Below, in pieces: positions 42,811-51,140 of a stretch of 64,000 nt of DNA. The number at the start of each line of letters is the position of its first letter. The first letter of the stretch is position 1. This DNA is from an uncultured Actinomycetota bacterium (GTDB lineage Bacteria > Actinomycetota > Thermoleophilia > RBG-16-64-13). The position numbers and the translations under genes were made by a program. The stretch covers positions 7,125-71,124 of the forward strand of contig CAWBOK010000008.1 of assembly GCA_963790415.1 (NCBI GenBank), in the 5' to 3' direction. The notes below the pieces were generated by a model that did no database searches, was not told the origin of the DNA, and saw only the letters and a program-made list of their open reading frames with translations.

Positions 42811-43697
42811 GTGGCCCAGGAGGGCCACGCCGCCGCCTCGGTGACGGTCCGCGGTCTGCGGGCGGGTTATGACGGTCGACAGGGGCACGTGTCCGTGCTC
42901 GCCGACCTGGAACTCGCCCTCGCGCCGGGCGAGTGTCTCGTGGTGGTGGGGGAGAGCGGCTGTGGAAAGAGTACGCTCCTGCACCTGTTGGCCGGACTCA
43001 TGGCGCCCGAAGCGGGTGAGGTACAGGTCGACGGACGTGCGGTGGCGGCAGCCGACTTCGCCGGAGACGGGCTGCCCGGGTGCTCATCCGGGCATGCCGC
43101 CTACATGTTCCAGCGCGATCTGCTGCTGCCGTGGAAATCGGTGCTGGCGAACACGGTGTTCGCCGCCGAGGTGGCCCGCGGAGCGCGGACACGGCGGGCG
43201 TGGTCGGCGTTCTCGCCCGCGGGGTGTCGGTCGCCCAGAGCGGCTGGAGCTGGAGGAGCGGGCACGGACGATCCTGGGCGAGTTCGGGCTGTCGGCGAGC
43301 CCTCGATGCCCTTCCTCGCGAACTCTCCGGGGGGATGCGGCAGCGGGTGGCGCTGGCCAGAACGCTGGTCTTGGGTCGTGGCCTCGTCCTGCTAGACGAG
43401 CCGTTCGGCAGCCTGGATGCCTTCACCCGCGCGGAATTGCAGGGCTGGCTACTCGACGTGATGGAGGCCCATCCGGCCACCTGGGTGTTGGTCACGCACG
43501 ACGTGCGTGAGGCGGTGCTATTGGGTGACCGCGTCGCGGTGCTGGCGGGCCGCCCGGCGCGTATGGAGGGTTGGGTGCCGGTGCCCCTCGACCGAGCCGC
43601 CCGGCGCGGACTCGCGGCGCCCGAGGCCGACGGACACGTCATGACCCCGTTCACGAGGCGTGTGCACGGTCTGCTGGCGCAGGGGAGGATGTCGTGA
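42811..43697 (+). CDS. NitT/TauB/SsuB (ThiZ-like) ABC ATPase, frameshifted; start may be 42750
   Basis: GESGCGKST, YMFQRDLLLPW, ELSGGMRQRVALAR, LLDEPFGSLD, VTHD. Confidence 0.88.
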
Positions 43698-44935
43698 GCG
43701 TCACGCCGGGTGTACCTGTGATGTCGGGGTCCGCCGCTCCGGGAGCCGTGCTTTCCGCGACCCGGGAGCGGATCCGTCCGGTGGACCAGGGGTCAGCGGC
43801 CCGTGCGGCCGCCCGGGCCGCCGAACTGGCCATCCCCGCGGGCAGCCTGGGCCGGATGCTCGACTTGGGCGTGCTCTTGGCGGCCATCCAGGGGACGCTG
43901 CGACCCTCGTTCCCGCGGAAGGCCATCGTGACCGCGGCCGGCGATCACGGCGTGACGCGTCGCGGGGTCAGTGCCTTCCCGGCCGAAGTCACCCCGCAGA
44001 TGGTGGCCAACTTCGTACGCGGGCAGGCGGCCGTCAGTGCCCTCGCCGGTGTCGCCGGTGCCCGGGTTATGGTCGTAGACGCCGGCGTGGCCGCCGATCT
44101 GCGTGCGCTTCTGGGCGATCGAGTCTCGGCCGACTTCTCAACGGTCTTCGACAACGGCGGCGTGCTCGATCGCAAGGTCCGGTTCGGCACGGCAGACCTC
44201 AGCAGGGGACCGGCCATGAGCCGGGAAGAGGCGGTGCGGTCCCTGGAGGCGGGCATCGAAGTGGCGCTCGGGCTGCGGGGCGCCGGCATCGATCTGGTAG
44301 GCACCGGCGACATGGGCATCGGCAACACGACGCCGTCGAGCGCTCTCGCCTGTGTCTTCACGGGGCGGACCCCGGCCGACATGACCGGGCGCGGAACCGG
44401 CATTGACGACGCGAGTCTCGAGCGCAAGCGCAGGGTCGTAGGGGAAGGCCTCTCCGTCAACTCCCCCGACCCGTCCGATCCGGTGGGTGTTCTGGCGGCC
44501 GTGGGCGGCCTGGAGATCGGGGTCATCGCCGGAGTGATACTCGGCGGGGCTTTGGCTGGGATCCCCATCGTGGTCGATGGCTTCATCTCCACCGCGGGCG
44601 CGCTGGTGGCGTGTGCGCTTGCCCCTCACACCCGAGGCTACCTGATAGCCGGACATCGCTCGCTGGAGCCGGGGCATCGACTTATGCTCGACCATCTGGG
44701 TCTCACTCCACTGCTCGATCTCGACTTGCGTCTGGGAGAGGGAACGGGAGCGGCACTGGCCATGCCGTTGATAGACGGAGCTGCCGCCTTACTGAGAGAG
44801 ATGGCCACCTTCGCCGAAGCCGGCGTGGCGGGGGCGAACCCTGGAGTCACGGCGACGCGCCCCGTCGTGGCCGCGACGCGCCACATGGCGGCGGCCGGCG
44901 CCGTCCAGGCGCACCAGAGAGCGGAGGCGCGATGA
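43694..44935 (+). CDS. cobT: Nicotinate-nucleotide:dimethylbenzimidazole phosphoribosyltransferase
   Basis: GSLGR, AGDHGV...SAFPAEVTPQM, GDMGIGNTTPS, GRGTG, GGLEI, DGFI, LRLGEGTGA. Confidence 0.95.
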   Translation: MSVTPGVPVMSGSAAPGAVLSATRERIRPVDQGSAARAAARAAELAIPAGSLGRMLDLGVLLAAIQGTLRPSFPRKAIVTAAGDHGVTRRGVSAFPAEVTPQMVANFVRGQAAVSALAGVAGARVMVVDAGVAADLRALLGDRVSADFSTVFDNGGVLDRKVRFGTADLSRGPAMSREEAVRSLEAGIEVALGLRGAGIDLVGTGDMGIGNTTPSSALACVFTGRTPADMTGRGTGIDDASLERKRRVVGEGLSVNSPDPSDPVGVLAAVGGLEIGVIAGVILGGALAGIPIVVDGFISTAGALVACALAPHTRGYLIAGHRSLEPGHRLMLDHLGLTPLLDLDLRLGEGTGAALAMPLIDGAAALLREMATFAEAGVAGANPGVTATRPVVAATRHMAAAGAVQAHQRAEAR

Positions 44936-46609
44936 GCATCTGGTCGGAACAGGTCATGGTTCGCGGGCCGCAGGATCTGGAGGACGTGGCCACGGCCGGT
45001 TGGCTCTCGGGTGCCCTCTTCGCGGCCTTGGATCTGGACCTCTTCGAGACCATCGGCCTCGCGGACGTCTCCCTGGACATCGTGGCGGAGCGGACGAGTG
45101 CCGACCTCGACGCCCTCCGCAGGCTGGTGGAGACGCTGGCGGCGCTCGGCCTGCTCTCCCTCCACGAGGATCGGGTGGCCTGCAGCACCGTGGCACGGCG
45201 ACACCTGCTCGCGCAGAGCGAGGGGTATCTGGGCCATTCACTCCGCTACCGGCAACGACTGGCCGCACACTGGCCTCGCTTGGCGGAAGCCGTGCGCCGG
45301 GGCGGCTCGCCTCTCGCGGCCGCAGCTGACGACGACGCCGACCCTCCCCACGATGCCGCTGCCGAAGCGCAGGCCGTTGACACCGACGATACCGACGACG
45401 ACTATCAGGCCCGAGTACGTGCCTACCTCCTCGCCATGGACGACGTGGCCCGGTACAAAGCCCGTCTCATCGCCGACCGGGTACGACTGGATCGACTGCC
45501 GAATCCCCGCTCCGGTGGGGAGCGCTTCGTGCTCGACGTGGCGGGTGGCGCCGGCGCCGTGGCCGCAGAGTTCGTACGGCGATATCCCGACGTGGATGCG
45601 GTGGTCGTCGACATGCCGGAAGTGGTGGAGGAGGCCCGCGAGGTGTGGGCCGAGCGCGGCGATGACCCTTCGGGCGCGGCAGGTTCTCGCTTGACCTTCA
45701 CGGGCTTGGATATCTTGAGCGAACCCCTGCCCGCTCCCCCCGAGGGTGCCGCGGGGTGGGACGTGATCATCCTGTCGAACATCGTGCACGCGTTCGGTGA
45801 GTCGGAGTCATCTGCGCTTCTCGGGGTGGCCGCAGCCGCGCTCTCCGACGACGGTCTCCTGCTCGTTCACGACTTCTGGACCGACGGGCCGGGCCGCGGC
45901 CCGGCCAAGAGTGCCCTGTTCGACCTGCATATGTTGATCAACACGTATCAGGGGCGCACGTACCCCTGGGCGTGGGCCCGAGAACGTTTGGCCGCGGCCG
46001 GGCTCTCGGTTCTGGCTCCCGTCCTGCTGGGAGAAGGGCTGCACGCCGAAGACACCGCGCTGGTGGTAGGCGGCCGCTCGCCCGCGGCTTTGGCCGCCTT
46101 CGACGCCGGCCCCCTCGATCGGGTGCGCGCGACGGCACTGGATCTGGGGTTCGTCCGCACCACCCCGGTCGAGCCATCGCAGGTCTTGACGGCGGCCTGG
46201 GTGCGCGAGAAATGCCGCTTTGGCTGCGCCGGGTACGACGCGGGCGCGCAGTGCCCTCCCCGTTCGCCGGCGCCGGACGATACGCGGAAGCTGCTCGCCG
46301 GATACGGCCGCGCGCTGCTGGTTCAGGGAGAACCGCCTACGGCCGACTTCCACGAACGGATGCTCGTCCTTGGAGCGGGCGGCCTTTCTCGCCGGTTTCC
46401 CGCAGGCGCTCGTGTTCGTGGCGGGTCCCTGCCGGCTCTGTCCGGCATGCGAGCCCGACGCCTGCCGGCGGCCCGCGGACGCGCGACCGTCCATGGAGGC
46501 GGCCGGCATGGACGTGTACGGCACCGCGGAAGCGGCCGGATGGCCTCTGGAGCCGGTGCCCGACCGGGAGTCGCCGGTGACGTACCTCGGCCTCCTACTG
46601 GTGGACTGA
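44932..46609 (+). CDS. bzaC: BzaC-like SAM-dependent methyltransferase with dimerisation domain and C-terminal DUF2284, frameshift near 46370
   Basis: Class I MTase LDVAGGAG and ILSNIVH. DUF2284 motifs WVREKCRFGC..Y...CPP, GPCRLCPAC, ARPSMEAAGMDVY. Directly follows cobT, as in anaerobic bza operons. Confidence 0.78.
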
Positions 46610-48037
46610 TGGGTATGCGCATACTCTTGATACAGGCTCCGTCGGTGGAGGGACCGCGCGTCGGAGATCGTCGCGCCGCTCGGTCTGGGGGTGGTGGCCG
46701 CCGCCGCGCGCGGCGGCGGCCACGACGTGGAGCTGCTCGATCTCAACCTGGAGACCGACCCGTTCCCTGTGCTCGCCGCCACCTTGGCCCGCGTCGACCC
46801 TCGGCTTGTCGGCGTCGGCCTGCGGAACATCGATCCTCTGGCCAATCGGCGGCATTCGTTCCTGCCGCAATTCGCGGCGGTCCTCGAGGTGGTGCACAGC
46901 GCTCTCCCCGACGCACCCGTCGTGGTGGGAGGTGCCGGCTTCTCGATGTTCCCCCTCGAGATCATGCGCCGCTATCCTCGTCTGGATGCGGGCGTGCTGC
47001 TCGAAGGGGAGGAGACGTTCCCGGATCTCGTGTCGCGTGGGCGACAGGGTCCCGGTAGCGCCGGGTCGAACGGGGCGTCTGCGGCCGGCGGCCGCCTGGC
47101 CCCCGCCGCGGGCACGCCCGGCACCATCGTCCGCACGGGCCCCGCGGCGGGTGATCTGGTGGCCGGGTCGCCGCGACCCCGGCTCGCGCCGGCGGAACTC
47201 GACAAGGTGCGTCCCTGGCTGCCGGAGATGGCGGCCACCTATCAGCACACCAGCAGCTACGCGCCCGCGGCCGGGGTCGAGACCAAGCGGGGTTGCCCGC
47301 TCGGCTGCTCGTATTGCGTCTATCCGGCGCTGCAGGGGCGACAGGTCCGTTTCCGCAGTCCGGCGACCATCGTGGCCGAGGTGGAGTTGCTGCACCGGGA
47401 GGCCGGCGTCGAGTGGGTCCACTTCACCGACCCGGTTCTGAACGATCCTCCCGACCATTTTCGAGAGGTGTGCAGGCGGTTGATCGAGGCGGGAGTCCCG
47501 GTGCGCTGGACCGGCTTCTTCCGCGAGAACGCCCTCGGTCGCGAGGACGCCGCGCTGGCGGTGGGAGCCGGCTGCGCCGCCTTCCAGTTCTCCGGCGACG
47601 GCACCTGTGACGCCACCCTGGCCGGTCTGCGCAAAGGCCTCACCCGCGACGACATCCTGCGGTCCGCCGGCTACGTGGCGGCCACCGAAGCGCTCGCCGT
47701 CTATCACTTCATGGTGAACGTTCCCGGCACCGACGCGGCTGTCGCCCGGGGGGCACACGAACTCGTCGACCGGCTTCACGACCTGCACGAGCCGCGGGGC
47801 AACCTGGGCGCCGTGGTCTTCAACAACCTGCGCGTCTACCCCCGGACTCCGCTGGCCCGGCAACTCCTGGACGAAGGCGCCCTCCGACCGGAAGACGACC
47901 TGCTGTATCCCACCTATTACGACCCAGAGCCGTTCAACCGACTGCGCTACGAACTCGATGAGCACCATCAGCTCCGTTCCTGCGCACGACGCGCCCAAAC
48001 CGCCGCGCCCGCGGCTCACAGAGAGGTCGAACCTTGA
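46609..48037 (+). CDS. bzaD: BzaD-like B12-binding radical SAM enzyme, frameshift near 46665
   Basis: MRILLIQ...PLGL, GLRNID, VVGGAGFSMFP, TKRGCPLGCSYC. Position after bzaC. Confidence 0.72.
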
Positions 48038-49641
48038 CGCCTTCGCACGCGCGACCCACCACGGAACACACGCGGACCCCAGCGGGTGGACTCCGCATCA
48101 CGTTGATCGAGCATCCCCGGCAGCCGAGCTGGGTGCACATGAACGACATCGCCAACACGCCGCTCTCGAGCAGCCTGATGACCGGCTACACGGCCGGTTC
48201 GCTGGAAGCGGCGGGTCACGTGGTGGCGATCGTGGAAGGAAACCTGGCCGGGATGACCATCGCGCAGGTGGTCGCGGCCGCGGCCTCGACGAGGCCCCAG
48301 CTGGTCGGGCTGCACCTCGTGTACGACTGGTCCGACGGTGGGCAGATCGCCGTCCTGCTGCGCGACCTGCAGGAGGCCTGCGGTCCCACACCCGTCTTCC
48401 TGTACGGTTTCTATCCCACCTTTGCCTGGCCGGAGCTCCTCGAGCGCCACTCCGAGGTGACGGCCGTCATCATCGGCGAATCGGAGCTGACGGTAGTGGA
48501 GGTGGCGGCCGCGGCGGCCGCTGGAGCGCCGGGAACGTCGCCCGGCCTGGCCGGGATACCCGGGTTGGCGATCCGCGGAACGGACGGTGCTCCCCGGCTC
48601 ACCGCTTCCCGACCTCCCATCGAGGACCTCGACTCCCTGCCCTATCCGCGACGCACGCCCGAGTTGATGCGCATGCGCGAGGTCAATATCTCCGGCAGTC
48701 GGGGTTGCTACGGGTCGTGCACGTTCTGCACCATCAACCCCTTCTACGGGGGCCGTTCGCTCTGGCGGCCGCGTTCCCCCGAGAGCGTGATCGCCGAGAT
48801 GGCGGCCGTGCTGGAGGAGCATCCGGACACGAGCCGTTTCTACTTCGTCGACCCCAACTTCTTCGGCCCTGCCGGTCGAGGGCGCGTGCGGGCGCTCACC
48901 CTGGCTCGGATGATCCGGGAGCGTTTCCACATCCGCTTCGGCCTCGAGGGCAGAGTGAACGACATCGACGAAGAACTGGTCGAGAACTTGGTGGCCGCCG
49001 GGTTCGACGAACTCCTTATCGGCCTGGAGAGCGGCTCCGACGCCACCCTGCGCCGCCTGAACAAGCACACGACCGTGGAGCAGAACCGCCGGGCGCTTCG
49101 CATCCTGCGCGCCCATGGCGTGGAGCCCAACGTCGGCTTCATCATGTTCGAGCCCGACAGCTCGCTGGACGACCTGCGGGTGAACCTTACCTTCCTCCAC
49201 GAGGAACGGTTGTTGGACCGCCTGGCGGTGACGGCCAACGTCCTCTACCATCAGCAGATCCTTCTGCGGCCCACTCCCGCCTACCGGGCGGCGCTGGCCG
49301 CGGGACGGCTCGACGTCTCGCCGCACAACCCCTACGAAGGCACCATGCCCTATCTCCACCCCGAGGTGGCTTTCCTGGCGGAGACCATGGCCGAGGTGTG
49401 CCGCCACGTGTTCTCAGGGCTACCGTTGGAAGTCTGGGTGGGCGACAGCTCCGGGGGTGCCGGCGGCGACCATACCGGGGCGGTCGATCGGCTGGCGGGA
49501 TTGAACCGTTCCCTGGTGGGCCTGTTCGAGCGCCTTCTGGATGGACTCGCCGCCGGGAGACTCAGGCCATCAGCCGAGTTGGCGGCGGAGGTGGTGGGCG
49601 AGGCACGGGCCTGGATCGAGACTATCCGCCGCGCCGCGTAG
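48034..49641 (+). CDS. bzaE: BzaE-like B12-binding radical SAM enzyme
   Basis: NDIANTPLSSSLMTGY, GFYPT, SRGCYGSCTFC, FVDPNF, GLESG, GFIMFEP. Overlaps the bzaD stop. Confidence 0.72.
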   Translation: MTPSHARPTTEHTRTPAGGLRITLIEHPRQPSWVHMNDIANTPLSSSLMTGYTAGSLEAAGHVVAIVEGNLAGMTIAQVVAAAASTRPQLVGLHLVYDWSDGGQIAVLLRDLQEACGPTPVFLYGFYPTFAWPELLERHSEVTAVIIGESELTVVEVAAAAAAGAPGTSPGLAGIPGLAIRGTDGAPRLTASRPPIEDLDSLPYPRRTPELMRMREVNISGSRGCYGSCTFCTINPFYGGRSLWRPRSPESVIAEMAAVLEEHPDTSRFYFVDPNFFGPAGRGRVRALTLARMIRERFHIRFGLEGRVNDIDEELVENLVAAGFDELLIGLESGSDATLRRLNKHTTVEQNRRALRILRAHGVEPNVGFIMFEPDSSLDDLRVNLTFLHEERLLDRLAVTANVLYHQQILLRPTPAYRAALAAGRLDVSPHNPYEGTMPYLHPEVAFLAETMAEVCRHVFSGLPLEVWVGDSSGGAGGDHTGAVDRLAGLNRSLVGLFERLLDGLAAGRLRPSAELAAEVVGEARAWIETIRRAA

Positions 49642-49877
49642 CCGACCAGCGTCGGCAACCGCCTTCTCCGCGTGGAATACTATGGAGGCTGTTGAGAATC
49701 GAAGCCTTGGCCACCAGAACGCACTGGCCGGCGCGATACGGCGTCCTCGGTCGCGCACGTAGCGCTGCTACGAGCTACTCTTTCGTCCTTGTCTCACGCT
49801 TACCCATCGCGCCCTGGAGGCGAAGCGTCACTTTTCAACAGCCTACTGGGGAGGCGACGCGGTGGGGAGGGGGGATC

Positions 49878-51074
49878 ATGCGATCGATGAAACGGAACGT
49901 GGCGCTGCTTGCGACGAGCCAGGCGCTTCTGATGTCCGGCCAAGTCGTGCTGCTGGCTACGGCCGGCCTCGTCGGGGCGGTCTTGGCGCCTGTCCCGTCT
50001 CTGACCACGCTGCCGTCAGCTCTGTCGTTCGTCGCGGGCACGGCGATCACGATCCCGGCGTCGCTTTTCATGCGCCGGATGGGTCGGCGTGTCGGGTTCG
50101 TCACGGGGGCCCTCATCGGCGTGGTTGCTGGGTTGGTCGCCGCCGTGGCCATCGTGCAGGGCAGCTTCGCTCTGTTCTGTCTAGGGACGTTTCTTGCCGG
50201 CTTGTATGGCGGGTTCGGCAGTTACTATCGCTTCGCCGCCGCCGATGCCGCCGACGATGCGTTCCGCAGTCGTGCCATCTCCTACGTCATGGCCGGTGGC
50301 GTGGTCGCGGCTTTCGCCGGTTCGAACCTGGCCACCTGGTCTCGGGAGATGCTTCCCGATGCCGTCTTCGCAGGGAGTTTCCTGGCCTTCGCGGGCCTCG
50401 CGGTGGCGTCGGCGCTGGTTCTCGCGTTCGTCGATCTGCCGCGGCCGGAGACGGTCAAACGGGGGGAGACGGGTCGGCCCCTGACGTCTATCGCCCGACA
50501 GCCCGACTACGGCGTAGCCGTGCTCGTGGGCATGTTGGCCTACGGCGTCATGGTGTTCCTCATGACGGCCACTCCTCTCGCCATGAAGGCGCACCTGTTC
50601 GCCTTTGGCAGCGTTGCCTTCGTCATCCAATGGCACGTGCTGGGGATGTTCGCGCCGTCCTTTGGTACCGGCACGCTGATAGGACGCATGGGCACCCTGC
50701 CTGTGATGGGTGTGGGCGGCCTGTTGATGGTGGGGACGATCATGTGCAATCTCATGGGCGTCGGTTTGTGGTACTTCTGGGCCGCGCTTCTGATGCTGGG
50801 AGTGGGCTGGAACTTCCTGTATGTCGGCGCCACCACACTCCTCACGGGTACCTACCGGCCCGAGGAGAAGGCAAAGGCTCAGGGGCTGAACGAACTCGTG
50901 GTCTTTGCCGGTGTCGCCTGTGCGTCGTTGTCGGCTGGCGCCTTGGTCCGGGCGGTCGGCTGGCGACAGGTGAACCTGGCCGCGGTGCCCTTCATTCTGG
51001 CGGCGCTTGCGGCCGTCGCTTGGCTGTGGCTCCGGGACCGCCGGTCGGTCCTCGCCGTGGCGCCGCCGGCCTGA
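49878..51074 (+). CDS. MFS transporter (RfnT-like subfamily)
   Basis: YYRFAAAD...RAISYVMAGG, VIQWHVLGMFAPSF, LGVGWNFLYVGATTLL, EKAKAQG. Confidence 0.82.
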   Translation: MRSMKRNVALLATSQALLMSGQVVLLATAGLVGAVLAPVPSLTTLPSALSFVAGTAITIPASLFMRRMGRRVGFVTGALIGVVAGLVAAVAIVQGSFALFCLGTFLAGLYGGFGSYYRFAAADAADDAFRSRAISYVMAGGVVAAFAGSNLATWSREMLPDAVFAGSFLAFAGLAVASALVLAFVDLPRPETVKRGETGRPLTSIARQPDYGVAVLVGMLAYGVMVFLMTATPLAMKAHLFAFGSVAFVIQWHVLGMFAPSFGTGTLIGRMGTLPVMGVGGLLMVGTIMCNLMGVGLWYFWAALLMLGVGWNFLYVGATTLLTGTYRPEEKAKAQGLNELVVFAGVACASLSAGALVRAVGWRQVNLAAVPFILAALAAVAWLWLRDRRSVLAVAPPA

Positions 51075-51140
51075 CTTCCTCGCCCCCAGTCATCATCCCT
51101 TTCGTCGGCCCGTTGTCAGCCCGGCAGCGCCGACTGCTGC

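Noticed and set aside
47958-49877. 1038-aa ORF and other long alternative-frame ORFs (35599-37698, 12062-13855, 19793-21703, 16202-17815)
   Set aside because: Arg/Pro/Gly-rich shadow frames typical of high-GC DNA, overlapping well-supported genes.
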